Part shown: positions 8,209 to 17,369 of the stretch, piece by piece
Layout of the letters: every line of letters starts with the position of its first letter
Position numbering within the stretch: the stretch's first letter is position 1
Virus record (IMG/VR): IMGVR_UViG_2563366918_000005
Reading direction: 5' to 3' (one strand)
Length of the DNA: 42,002 nucleotides
Source: a virus
Lineage: Duplodnaviria; Heunggongvirae; Uroviricota; Caudoviricetes
Notes under the pieces: generated by a model
Told to the model about the DNA's origin: nothing
What the model saw: the letters and a program-made list of their open reading frames with translations, nothing else
Databases searched by the model: none
Made by a program: the position numbers and the translations under genes

Positions 8209-8231
8209 CGGGGCCATTAGGCCCCGTTTTC
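8209..8231 (+). terminator. Strong intrinsic terminator/attenuator 18 nt upstream of the 179-aa gene SD
   Basis: cggggcc-atta-ggccccg 7-bp GC stem followed by tttt. Confidence 0.65.
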
Positions 8232-8248
8232 ATGTCTGGAGACAGTTT

Positions 8249-8788
8249 GTGTTAAGTGAAGAAATGCAATTTGCCATGGCTGTGGCTCAAATCGTAAGTG
8301 CAGTCGCGGTTTCGCTTGGCTTGTTCATAGCTATCGCTACTATTATTTATAATGTAAATACAGCGAGAAAAGTACACACTTCAGTATTCCTTGGTGAAAG
8401 CAGGTTTGATGTAGATTATAAGAAAGGCCTATCTACTATGCGCCGCATTCACGAATCGAACAAATCATTCCGCTCTTATATGTATCCAAGCAATGGGCAG
8501 GCTGATCTTACGGATGAAGAAAAGACAGAGAAGAGAGAAATAATTTACTGTCTAGGTTTCTACGAACGCATGGCTGTGAGCGTGAAGCGGAAAACTTATG
8601 ATGAGACCATGATTAAGGAAGTATTTTACAGCTCCGTTGTAAATAACTATCAGATTGCGCTACCTCTTATACAAGCCATTAGAGAAAAAGAAAACATAAA
8701 CACATATTTTAAAGAATATGAATGGTTGGCCACACGATGGAAGGATTGCCCATTGAAGGATAAATCCCCGTGGTACAAGTTTTGGTAA
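8249..8788 (+). CDS. AT-rich single-pass membrane protein (N-terminal TM, cytoplasmic domain); moron, candidate superinfection-exclusion/abortive-infection factor
   Basis: GTG start with SD ggaga 7 nt upstream (alternative ATG at 8264). TM FAMAVAQIVSAVAVSLGLFIAIATIIY. Markedly lower GC than its neighbours. Sits in a sieA-like position of a P22 immI-like block. Confidence 0.55.
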   Translation: MLSEEMQFAMAVAQIVSAVAVSLGLFIAIATIIYNVNTARKVHTSVFLGESRFDVDYKKGLSTMRRIHESNKSFRSYMYPSNGQADLTDEEKTEKREIIYCLGFYERMAVSVKRKTYDETMIKEVFYSSVVNNYQIALPLIQAIREKENINTYFKEYEWLATRWKDCPLKDKSPWYKFW

Positions 8789-8810
8789 GCCAGCGCTGCG
8801 GGCTTTTTTT
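8789..8810 (+). terminator. Rho-independent terminator after the 179-aa gene
   Basis: gccagc-gct-gcgggc imperfect stem followed by T7. Confidence 0.5.
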
Positions 8811-8882
8811 GTGGACGAAACAAAAGTCAGTGCTACACTCATTGACGCCACATTGAGGTGGCTTATAGATGGAAATTTCACA

Positions 8883-9044
8883 ATGAAAAAAGCATTTGCT
8901 GCACTGTTCGTTTTGTTGTCTCTGGTAGCTTCAACTCAGGCTTTTGCCGGTCGTTGTCAGCACGACAGCGATACTGCCGCTGACGGCTCCCGCTGCGGTG
9001 GGCGTTCTGCGGATTCCCGCCCGGGTGGCGGTGGCATTCGTTAA
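8883..9044 (+). CDS. Possible small secreted Cys-containing peptide (53 aa precursor)
   Basis: Textbook Sec signal MKKAFAALFVLLSLVASTQAFA|G then a 31-aa Gly/Ser/Arg-rich tail with 2 Cys. Weak SD. Ends in the A-tract of the convergent terminator. Confidence 0.25.
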   Translation: MKKAFAALFVLLSLVASTQAFAGRCQHDSDTAADGSRCGGRSADSRPGGGGIR

Positions 9045-9066
9045 AAACAAGGCCGCGAAAGCGGCC
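9043..9066 (-). terminator. Intrinsic terminator of the minus-strand late (ejection/membrane protein) operon
   Basis: ggccgc-gaaa-gcggcc perfect hairpin. T-tract on the minus strand (aaaaacaa on plus, 9043-9049). Confidence 0.65.
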
Positions 9067-9067
9067 T

Positions 9068-9079
9068 GTGACATGTCAC
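9068..9079. repeat. Perfect 12-bp palindrome GTGACATGTCAC (copy at the distal end of the ejection-protein operon)
   Basis: Identical to 30044..30055. Sits beside the terminator hairpin. Confidence 0.5.
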
Positions 9080-9372
9080 GTCCCTTTTCTGAATGATAGC
9101 CATTCGAAAAATGATGACATTCCACCGCAGACAACAGCAAAGATGATCCCACCAAAGAAGAGAATGCCAGCCTGCCACCACTCCCACCGCCATACATCCA
9201 CAGCGCCAACCATACCAACAATCGCTCCAACAAATGGAATATAGCTCACGATGAAAGCAATGGGGGCTGCAATTATCCAGTGCAATCCCCACCATGATTC
9301 AAGCCCAGCCATAATTGCTGCCAACTGAAAAAGACCAACGACGATATAAACAATGAATCCTATAGCTTGCAT
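9076..9372 (-). CDS. Small integral membrane protein (3 TM), last gene of the ejection-protein operon
   Basis: 98 aa, highly hydrophobic with Trp-rich loops. SD aggtga 3 nt before the ATG. Confidence 0.5.
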   Translation of the reverse strand: MQAIGFIVYIVVGLFQLAAIMAGLESWWGLHWIIAAPIAFIVSYIPFVGAIVGMVGAVDVWRWEWWQAGILFFGGIIFAVVCGGMSSFFEWLSFRKGT

Positions 9373-9384
9373 GTAGTCACCTAT

Positions 9385-9558
9385 TTACCCAGTAAAAATC
9401 AGAGGCCTCCCCTCAATAAGGCTTGCAACAAGAACTATTCCCTGCACAACAAAGATGAACCAGCAAATAGCTTGAGTCTGAGGGTTAAGAAAATATTTGT
9501 AGCGGTCAATAAATAACAACCCACCAAAAATTATCACACTCAAAATAATTAAAAACAC
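9385..9558 (-). CDS. Possible 57-aa two-TM membrane protein (below ORF-track cutoff)
   Basis: GTG start 4 nt after SD AGGAAG, which overlaps the stop of the 824-aa gene. MFLIILSVIIFGGLLFIDRYKYFLNPQTQAICWFIFVVQGIVLVASLIEGRPLIFTG. Confidence 0.3.
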   Translation of the reverse strand: MFLIILSVIIFGGLLFIDRYKYFLNPQTQAICWFIFVVQGIVLVASLIEGRPLIFTG

Positions 9559-9567
9559 AACACTTCC

Positions 9568-12042
9568 TTATTGCGGAGTGACATCCTGAGGTCGCCACCA
9601 GTATGTCTGGTTAAACTCTTTCTTCGAACGTTGCTCCATTTTACGCAAATAACCTGGTGAAAAATACTCCTGCATCTGGTTAAAGATCATGTGATCGAGA
9701 GCCGCCTTTAAGTACCAGAGATTCGCACCTGGCATCAGACCTTTCCCCAGCTTGACCAGATCACCACCAGTCTGCTCATTCTTCCCTTCCACAGCATTTA
9801 ACGGTATGCCCTGAGCAATCTTCACTACGTCATCAACCAGACCAGCTACCGGGCCAAGCATCGACGCCAGCGCGCCGCTTCCGTACCTAGTGTGATCTGA
9901 CAATAAAAAGTCACCGTAAAGGCCAAGACCACCACCTTTCAGTAGAGCACCAAGCCAAAATTTAGCAGCATCTTCTCCTGTCATCTCACGAGGATTACGA
10001 CCAGACGCAAGGTCGTTAAGTTGCTGCGACAAAGCGCCAAGAATGGTCGTACTGGCAATAAACGTCGCAATATATGCCGCACGCCCACCAGCAGACGGCA
10101 TACCCATAGCGCGTGACCAGTGACGCATAACCACCGAGATAGGGAACGATTTAAACAGGAAAACACTTCTCGTTAATTCACCTTTCCATGTTCCACGCTG
10201 AATACCAGAACCGGTTATCAGTTGCTCACGTGCTCCCGGTGTAATAACAGCCATATCAACTTCTTCAGTTACGGCACCGAGCAGTTTACGCATTGCCTCA
10301 AATTTCACGCGTTCAGGCTCACCAAGATGTTTAACTGCTGAATCAGGGATACGCATAATGCTTTCCGGTGTCAGCATCGTATTATTACCGTTCCCCCAGT
10401 CCTCCTGTTGCGCCAGCTTCCATACGCTCCAGTCTGTGTCAGTAATTCCTTTGCTTTTCAGGATACGAAAATCAGAGTCATCGAGGCTACGAAGGTCTGG
10501 TGTCCGTGACACTACTTCTCCCAGGCTTCCCATCATGGTTACGCCATAGGCGCGCTTGTGCGCATCTGACCATGCTGTAAGCCCACTGGCACGCATTACC
10601 GCCGTTGCCGCCCAGCGAGACACTGACGGCCCCATATTATCCATCGCCCAGCGGTTAACGCTGCCAAGTAGAGATTCCATCGCCAGACCAGCGCGGCGCG
10701 CCCGCGCAAGTTCTGTACGGTTCGTTGGGTCCATAGCTTCAAGCTGGTTGCGGAATAACTGGTTCATTGGAAGGTTGGTAACCTTCGCAGACAGATACAT
10801 GGTTCCAAGATCAGAGAACGATGACAGCAACGCGGATCCGAGTCTGCTGGCAACCAGCCAGTTGCGGATATTGTCAGACCATCGCGCGATGTGCGGATTT
10901 GCTACAGGCTGTGTCTTTCCGGAAATAAAGTTGTACAGATTCTCTGTGTTGTTCGCCAGCCGCTCGACTTTACCGGTTTTACTCGGGTTAGCTGTTGCCG
11001 TTTCTGCCTTCACCTGATCAAGAAGAGAGCGGAAAACATGATCTGGGTTTGGGCCATATGTTTCCACCAGTGCAATATCTTTACTGATACCTTCCAGGTG
11101 ACCGACCATGATTTCCCATAGAGAGCGATCGCCATAAAGTTGCTGATATTGCAGATAGGAATCTGCATCTTTGAAATGTATCTGTCGTGATGCATTACCA
11201 CGGTTAGCACGTGCGCCGGAAATTCGCATTCCGGTATCAGTAAGCTTATTCAGCCCACCAGTAGCGATCGTGTTATAAGCCTCTCCAAGAAATGCAGACA
11301 ACTCGGCATCGTTCATCAGTTGTCCATCGGCTCGGATATAATATTTGCGATCCAGCTTACCTATAACATCGCTAACCCACTTATCCTTTGATACCGCCCC
11401 AACCTTTTCCATAGAATGATGTTGAGGGATCCCCCAGTTTTCGAGATAGCCAATGTCCCCGCCAGCATCATTAAACCGGCGGCGCAGTAGATCTGTCACT
11501 TCTCTCCACGCCTTAGCACCTTTTCTTGCTTTAGCATTGCCAGTATTTTGTCCTCGCATTTCATATACCAGGTCACGCACGCCAGCTTCATCTTCAAACA
11601 GGCCAAAAAAGCGAGGATCAACTGCTTCAAATGCCTCCTGCAATTGACTCAATGCATAATCACGAGTGGCTTTTGTTCTGGACTCAACAGAGAGGAAATT
11701 CGATTTACCGTCTGCATTAAAAGCAATAGTACGGTTAAGAGCGCCAAGTTTCCCATCAGCCCCTTGATAGCTATTGATAAATTTATCCAATCTCTGACGT
11801 GCGGCTATAGTGAGGGCCACACGACGTTTCTTTAATGCCGCTTCTCGCTGTAATTCTTCAGATGCCAATTGTGCTGCTCGATATAGCCGCTCTGATTCGG
11901 AAAGTTGTCTCCACGACATCGGGTCATCACGAGCAATGGAGCGCATATTTCGATAAATGCGGTCTTCAATGTTCTGTATTTCTCGCGCCGTTAACGTGCG
12001 CTGCGCCGCCTGCTGAACCGCTTGTATACATTCCTGTCTCAT
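9568..12042 (-). CDS. Internal virion/ejection (DNA-injection) protein, 824 aa
   Basis: Large alpha-helical structural protein within the late operon between the tail and the moron block. No catalytic motif recognised. Confidence 0.5.
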   Translation of the reverse strand: MRQECIQAVQQAAQRTLTAREIQNIEDRIYRNMRSIARDDPMSWRQLSESERLYRAAQLASEELQREAALKKRRVALTIAARQRLDKFINSYQGADGKLGALNRTIAFNADGKSNFLSVESRTKATRDYALSQLQEAFEAVDPRFFGLFEDEAGVRDLVYEMRGQNTGNAKARKGAKAWREVTDLLRRRFNDAGGDIGYLENWGIPQHHSMEKVGAVSKDKWVSDVIGKLDRKYYIRADGQLMNDAELSAFLGEAYNTIATGGLNKLTDTGMRISGARANRGNASRQIHFKDADSYLQYQQLYGDRSLWEIMVGHLEGISKDIALVETYGPNPDHVFRSLLDQVKAETATANPSKTGKVERLANNTENLYNFISGKTQPVANPHIARWSDNIRNWLVASRLGSALLSSFSDLGTMYLSAKVTNLPMNQLFRNQLEAMDPTNRTELARARRAGLAMESLLGSVNRWAMDNMGPSVSRWAATAVMRASGLTAWSDAHKRAYGVTMMGSLGEVVSRTPDLRSLDDSDFRILKSKGITDTDWSVWKLAQQEDWGNGNNTMLTPESIMRIPDSAVKHLGEPERVKFEAMRKLLGAVTEEVDMAVITPGAREQLITGSGIQRGTWKGELTRSVFLFKSFPISVVMRHWSRAMGMPSAGGRAAYIATFIASTTILGALSQQLNDLASGRNPREMTGEDAAKFWLGALLKGGGLGLYGDFLLSDHTRYGSGALASMLGPVAGLVDDVVKIAQGIPLNAVEGKNEQTGGDLVKLGKGLMPGANLWYLKAALDHMIFNQMQEYFSPGYLRKMEQRSKKEFNQTYWWRPQDVTPQ

Positions 12043-12047
12043 TTAAT

Positions 12048-13850
12048 TTAACCTCTCAAGAAACACGCCACAGCGACATCAAACAGGCTGGAATCCTGTA
12101 TTGCCTGCTCACTTTCCATGTTCGCTTCATCCAGTACTTCACGCGCACTGCGCGATTGTGGATTACCATCATCATCCAGCACGGTGATTATCATGTCAGG
12201 TGATTCAAGCAGCGAGTCTTCAGCTATGCGCAGATCAATATCTCCTGCCTGATCTGACATCATTTTTTGTTCTGCCTGTTGCAATATTTTATCAGCCTCA
12301 AAAGGAGCTACTTCGTCTGGCGTCCTGACCTCTGCTGTTTTATAGAATGAAACAGCCTGAGCATTAAGTTCACTTTCAGCCTGCTGTCTCCGTGCCAGTT
12401 CTGCTCGAGCTTCAAAAAACTGACCGCCAGGCTCATGCGGTGCCAACACGTTACGGGAAAATTCCAGGCGTTCTTGTGCCTGCCGGATTCGTTGGTCAAT
12501 ATCGCGAAGTCTGGCCTGTTTATCTGATCGAGCACGAGATAAAGCCTTACCGCTACCGGTTGGCTCTTCTGCAAGAATTTGTGCGCGCTGTTCAGTGAGA
12601 TTTTCAATAATTCGTTGGCTATTAGCGATTTCAGACTGGTAAACCTGTCTATCGCCACGCGACAAAAGCTGCGCGGCCTGTTCTTCAAGCAACCGATTTT
12701 CTATAGCGCGCGCCGTTACTCCATCATCTACAGATGACAGAGCCTCATTAACTGCCTGAGACAGCAGACTCTTGCGCCCAGGAATTTCACTGAAAGATGC
12801 AGACTCAACAATGCTGGCAACGTCTACAGGTCTCCCCTGGCTAACATCAGACATGGCTTTTCGCAGAGCCTGAATGTGCGAATTACGCGAAAGCACGTTG
12901 ATCGGAACGCCGGGAGCAATATCAATTTCAGCATGATGAGCGGCATTCGCCGCCAGTGCAGCATCAATATCAACTGGTGAAAAATTTGGTGCGCTTGTAG
13001 ACTCGCCGCGAGAGTTAATAAATCTGCCGACACCACCAAACGCCACCCCAAGAACAGCATCAATAGCAATTGCCTGTCGATCCAACACATCATACTGGTT
13101 AGCCATTTCGCTATAGCCACCATCACGAAGCGTTTTTGCAGTAAGCCCACGCTGTGCCATACCGAACGCAATATTTGTACCTGCGGCATAGGCAATATCT
13201 GGCGTTGCACGTACTGCTGTTGCTGCGGCGCGTCGCACTGAACTTTCACCCGTCCGCGCAAGCTGAGCCGCCACACCTTCCGCCAGCGCACCACCAGCAC
13301 GTAACCCGAGGCTCATAGGGATCAGTGTTCCGGCACCAGCAGTAATACCCTGCACTAATCCCGCTTCCTGCGCCGTCCTGAAATCAACACCCTGTGCTGT
13401 CAGCCGTTCAAACTCAGAAAAACCCTGTAGAGAAGTTACCGCCGCAGCACCTCCGACCGGACCACCGAGCGTTGTACCGACAACAGCCTGCCCGCCCATA
13501 TCGAACAACCCATAAAGGACCTGCCCGGCGGTTCCGGTTGTCGCGGCATCAGGCGTCAGCCGCTTAACCTGCTGCTCTGCTAGTTTTCTCTGCTCAGCAA
13601 TGTATGAAACTGAAGTGTCATTGAGCGAGGTGTTTTCGTTAACAAGCTGAGCAATCGGGGATACGATTTTATCCATCCCTGCCCATAGCAACTGATCTGG
13701 CTTTGCCACCAGCCCGGAGTACAAACCAGACAATGCCGCTCCTACAGCATTGTCGAAAAAACCAACATCGCTGTTAAAGCCAGCTGGATTTGATGCTGCT
13801 TCGTCAAGCTGCTGATTCTGGTTTACTGGATTAAGGCCAAAGTAACTCAT
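12048..13850 (-). CDS. Internal virion/ejection protein, 600 aa (Gly/Ala-rich N-terminal half, coiled-coil C-terminal half)
   Basis: Operon context and composition. Confidence 0.45.
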   Translation of the reverse strand: MSYFGLNPVNQNQQLDEAASNPAGFNSDVGFFDNAVGAALSGLYSGLVAKPDQLLWAGMDKIVSPIAQLVNENTSLNDTSVSYIAEQRKLAEQQVKRLTPDAATTGTAGQVLYGLFDMGGQAVVGTTLGGPVGGAAAVTSLQGFSEFERLTAQGVDFRTAQEAGLVQGITAGAGTLIPMSLGLRAGGALAEGVAAQLARTGESSVRRAAATAVRATPDIAYAAGTNIAFGMAQRGLTAKTLRDGGYSEMANQYDVLDRQAIAIDAVLGVAFGGVGRFINSRGESTSAPNFSPVDIDAALAANAAHHAEIDIAPGVPINVLSRNSHIQALRKAMSDVSQGRPVDVASIVESASFSEIPGRKSLLSQAVNEALSSVDDGVTARAIENRLLEEQAAQLLSRGDRQVYQSEIANSQRIIENLTEQRAQILAEEPTGSGKALSRARSDKQARLRDIDQRIRQAQERLEFSRNVLAPHEPGGQFFEARAELARRQQAESELNAQAVSFYKTAEVRTPDEVAPFEADKILQQAEQKMMSDQAGDIDLRIAEDSLLESPDMIITVLDDDGNPQSRSAREVLDEANMESEQAIQDSSLFDVAVACFLRG

Positions 13851-16360
13851 TGCGGAATATCTCCGGAGAATCTCTGACGCTTCTGTGTCAGATCAAGAAC
13901 AACAGGAGAACCATCATCTTTCAGCAGATAACCAGTACCAAGTTTCACCAGGTACTGACTATCGCCGTAACTTTGCAAACCATACTGACCAGGCGGTGTT
14001 TTTATCCCGGTGCCGACAACTTGTTCATTCCAAGCCTGATTAACCTGCTTATCGAATTGCTCTGCAGACATTCCCCACGGCAAAAGAACATTCCCCATTC
14101 CGTTATAGTCATGCACGCCACCTGTAGCTACGTTAACAGCCTGTTTCCAGATATCATTGTCAATTTCGCCTGATACCACGCCTTTTTTCGCCATCACACC
14201 AGCGTAATAGTCCTTTGCGATCTCGTATGCCATTGATGCCCCCTGAGCATCACCAGCAAATGCATCCTTCACCATGTCAGAAAACTCAAGGCGAAGATCA
14301 GCATCTTTAGGCATCGGAATACCTTTCGCGTCATCAGTACCTTTACGAGCCGCCGCGCCAGCAAGAATTGTCTGCGCAGCGGTTTCAGGAGACACGGAAA
14401 CATCCGGATTAAACCAGTTTTTTTCTGCCAAAATACCACCAGGCTTGTCCATCAGTATCCCGGCAACGGCAGCAGATGGAGCGTTGGCACTGATCTGCTG
14501 TAGTGCTGACATATACACCTGCCCACCACCAGTGCTCTGCCTGATGGTATCGAGATATGCTGCCTGTTGGGAAACGGGCGCATCACGAAAGAAAACACCG
14601 ATCTGATTGGCCTCGTCTTTGGAAAAGAACGTCAGTGGAGTGCCATATGACTTAGCAAGGTCACTGACCTGAGCAGCACGCAAGGCAACGCTCTGTCCAA
14701 AGTTATCCTTATTGCTCATGTCGATAGGCTTTGCCTGTCCGGCGGCAAGAGAGAACTGTACAGGATCAGCCTGTCTCTGCTTTATCACCTGACTTGCAGC
14801 CGACACAACGTTGTCATAAAGAGCGGCTCGTGCCGCATAACCCTCCCCTGTCTCACCAGTATCCGGGCGTAATTGCTCAACATATGCTGTAATGCTGCTT
14901 GTCGGCATGTTGCGGAAAGAGCCTATATACTGTCCGGCGATTTGCGTATTTCTGAACTCGGTATATCGCAGGTTTCCTTCTCTGACTCCATAAGCTGCAA
15001 TAAAATCAGCCTCACCAGGTGGGTTAGGAAATTCAACGCCACGCATATACGCAGCTGTCGCATCGCGAACTTGGCTGTCAATCATCGTTTTATATTCAGC
15101 CTGCTGCTGCCGACGCAGTTGATCCGCCTGTCGCATAAAACTTGCCTGCGCCTCAGGAGATGCCGCATCGAATGCTGCATTACCGGTATAGCGTTTGGTG
15201 TTGGTTGGAATTGTTGATAAACCAAGTGCTGCACTGACACCAGCAGTTAACTGCTGATCACTGTATGGCTGGCTACCGTTCTCATGATGGATAATGGCTG
15301 CACAAAGCGCCTTCAGGGTATCAGGATTAGATGCATCGAGAGGCTCATCAGCAGAAACGCCAAGTTGTTCGCACACTGCTTTGATATACGACATAGTGTC
15401 ATTTTTATCAGTAGGCGGTGCCCAGCGATTAATTATCTCGCTGACGGTATCAATACCCTGCCTCTGATACGACATCAGGTTCCGCCCTAATGCACGAATC
15501 CCGTGTTCAGGTGTTTCGAATTTAGCAAATCGACCATCATCACCGGTCTGGCCTACCCACGGATTGGTTTTGCTGTATTCGAGATTTCCTGGGTTATTGT
15601 TGCGTATGCCACGGGCACGCTCGGAAGAATCACTATCTGCTACAGCACGGCGAGCTCCAGCAGCAGTATCACTTAACTCGCCATTACTTTGGATGAATGC
15701 GGTCGCATTGTTTGCCGACCACTGGGACAATGCTGCATCAGCAACCTTCTCTTTAAACTCGATTTTCTTGGCCTGGATTTGCTCGTCGCTCCAGCCATGC
15801 GCAATGCCGTAATCCTCAATTTGCTGGAAAGTTTGCTTATTAGCCAATACGTATGCGGCGTTGTCGCCATACAATGCTGCGGCATTTTTACCATTGTTCA
15901 GCAGCGTCGCCTGAAACTGGCCTTCTTCGTAGGCATTTATTTGCCATATCTCGTGCCGCCCGGCCTGCGTAGTGAACTGAATGCGCTGCTGCTGCGCCTG
16001 CTGCATGAAAGCATTACGAGCCTGTTCATCCGGCAGCGACATAGCCAGTTGCTCGACCTGGGCATCAAACTGCTGCGTATACTCCTGACCTTTTCCAATA
16101 GCATTTTTCCCTTTCAGGTTAAGCAAACCTGTTTCAGGGTTATTCAGCAGATCGCTGCTTATCTGACTGAGGTTAAGGGATGCCTCCTGTGCCAGAGCGA
16201 TATTGGCACGCTGTTTTGCCTGACCAAAAACATCAATTGCCTCTGTCCCTGCCCGAACAAAAGCATCACCAATACCAGGCTGAGAAAACGTCTGCAAGCC
16301 TGCTGACTGAACGCCACGGCTCTGAACCTGACGGCCGGATACTGTTGGTACGACTGGCAT
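13847..16360 (-). CDS. Internal virion/ejection protein, ~837 aa, with possible cell-wall-hydrolase-like segment (GIRNNNPGNLEY motif)
   Basis: Start set at the Met with strong SD ggagg (ATG 16360, overlapping the upstream stop), not the ORF-track 16435. Enzymatic assignment is tentative. Confidence 0.45.
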   Translation of the reverse strand: MPVVPTVSGRQVQSRGVQSAGLQTFSQPGIGDAFVRAGTEAIDVFGQAKQRANIALAQEASLNLSQISSDLLNNPETGLLNLKGKNAIGKGQEYTQQFDAQVEQLAMSLPDEQARNAFMQQAQQQRIQFTTQAGRHEIWQINAYEEGQFQATLLNNGKNAAALYGDNAAYVLANKQTFQQIEDYGIAHGWSDEQIQAKKIEFKEKVADAALSQWSANNATAFIQSNGELSDTAAGARRAVADSDSSERARGIRNNNPGNLEYSKTNPWVGQTGDDGRFAKFETPEHGIRALGRNLMSYQRQGIDTVSEIINRWAPPTDKNDTMSYIKAVCEQLGVSADEPLDASNPDTLKALCAAIIHHENGSQPYSDQQLTAGVSAALGLSTIPTNTKRYTGNAAFDAASPEAQASFMRQADQLRRQQQAEYKTMIDSQVRDATAAYMRGVEFPNPPGEADFIAAYGVREGNLRYTEFRNTQIAGQYIGSFRNMPTSSITAYVEQLRPDTGETGEGYAARAALYDNVVSAASQVIKQRQADPVQFSLAAGQAKPIDMSNKDNFGQSVALRAAQVSDLAKSYGTPLTFFSKDEANQIGVFFRDAPVSQQAAYLDTIRQSTGGGQVYMSALQQISANAPSAAVAGILMDKPGGILAEKNWFNPDVSVSPETAAQTILAGAAARKGTDDAKGIPMPKDADLRLEFSDMVKDAFAGDAQGASMAYEIAKDYYAGVMAKKGVVSGEIDNDIWKQAVNVATGGVHDYNGMGNVLLPWGMSAEQFDKQVNQAWNEQVVGTGIKTPPGQYGLQSYGDSQYLVKLGTGYLLKDDGSPVVLDLTQKRQRFSGDIPQ

Positions 16361-16905
16361 TATAATCCTCCGGGTAATCTGGTTCCTGCTGCTGCCCCGA
16401 TTGGCGCAGGGGTGCTTTGAGTAAACGGACTCCACGTCCCACCAAACATCTGGTACGCACCGTATGCCTTCAGAGGCGCAGTGAGCAATGTTGTTGCTGC
16501 TCCCACATTCCCCTGTTTACGGGCTGAACTGGCTTCTGCTTTATAGTTGGCAGCCTGAACCTGATAACCGTAAGCCTCGCGTTGCGCGTTATTCGCCGTC
16601 GTCAGAGAATCAAGAGCGCCAAACTGGGCAGTGTCGCCAAATATATCCAGCGCGTTACCTGTAGATAAATCAGCGCCGGTAGCCCCCATTGTCGCCGCCT
16701 GTGTACCAAGCCGCTGTCGGGTCTCTCTGCGCCGTTGCTCAGCTTCAGCGTTACCTCTGTTTATTGCATCATTTGCCTGAGCTGTGGCTATATCTGCGTT
16801 CGCTTCTGCAACCTTCGAGGCATACTTTCCCTGTTGGTACTGGGTGTATGCCTGAATGCCACTCATGGCGAGCATTGCGCCACCAGCAATAACCGGATCG
16901 CACAT
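16360..16905 (-). CDS. Virion-associated protein (181 aa)
   Basis: Translationally coupled within the structural operon. Ala/Gln-rich. Confidence 0.4.
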   Translation of the reverse strand: MCDPVIAGGAMLAMSGIQAYTQYQQGKYASKVAEANADIATAQANDAINRGNAEAEQRRRETRQRLGTQAATMGATGADLSTGNALDIFGDTAQFGALDSLTTANNAQREAYGYQVQAANYKAEASSARKQGNVGAATTLLTAPLKAYGAYQMFGGTWSPFTQSTPAPIGAAAGTRLPGGL

Positions 16906-17369
16906 TATTTTCTCTCCATGTGAAATCTGTGGAAATTAAGACCAAGAGCACCATAAGGCGCGGCTTCTTCAAGCCTGAATCCAAGCCAGTGCAGCCATGC
17001 TTTGGCAACATGGTTTCGCTCGTCGACATAGTTTTCCAGGCGCGGATAAACTGCCAGCATCTGCTGCAATACAGGGCGGCAGTGGCGAAGAAATGTCTTC
17101 TGATATTTTTCGATACGGCTGGTTCCGACCAGCCATGGCGTACCATTGCCACCGATCATTGACGCCGGAGATACGCCAAACATGGTTACCAGTTCTCCGT
17201 TCGCGAACCCTGACCAGGCCATAGTCGCAGTGCGAAGACCAACACGCAGCGCATCTTCGGTAGTCATCAGCGATACCGCATACAGTTCGTCAATATCAGC
17301 CTGACGAACATCCGGCAAAATCATCTGAAGATGCTCTTTGGTGGCGGGAATAATTCGAACATCGATCAT
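16905..17369 (-). CDS. Structural-operon protein, 154 aa, function unknown
   Basis: Overlapping start/stop with its neighbours. Confidence 0.4.
   Translation of the reverse strand: MIDVRIIPATKEHLQMILPDVRQADIDELYAVSLMTTEDALRVGLRTATMAWSGFANGELVTMFGVSPASMIGGNGTPWLVGTSRIEKYQKTFLRHCRPVLQQMLAVYPRLENYVDERNHVAKAWLHWLGFRLEEAAPYGALGLNFHRFHMERK

Noticed and set aside
8811-8882. GTG-initiated N-terminal extension (MDETKV...) of the small secreted-peptide ORF
   Set aside because: The putative GTG lies inside the T-tract of the upstream terminator, so the ATG at 8883 is preferred.
9066-9080. TGTGA..TCACG resembling a CRP site
   Set aside because: Half-sites are separated by 4 nt instead of 6, so it is not a CRP box. 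It is reported instead as a phage-specific 12-bp palindrome.
12392-13300. Several 68-158 aa ORFs on both strands inside the 600-aa ejection protein gene
   Set aside because: They are nested inside a long, well-supported structural gene with no independent signals.
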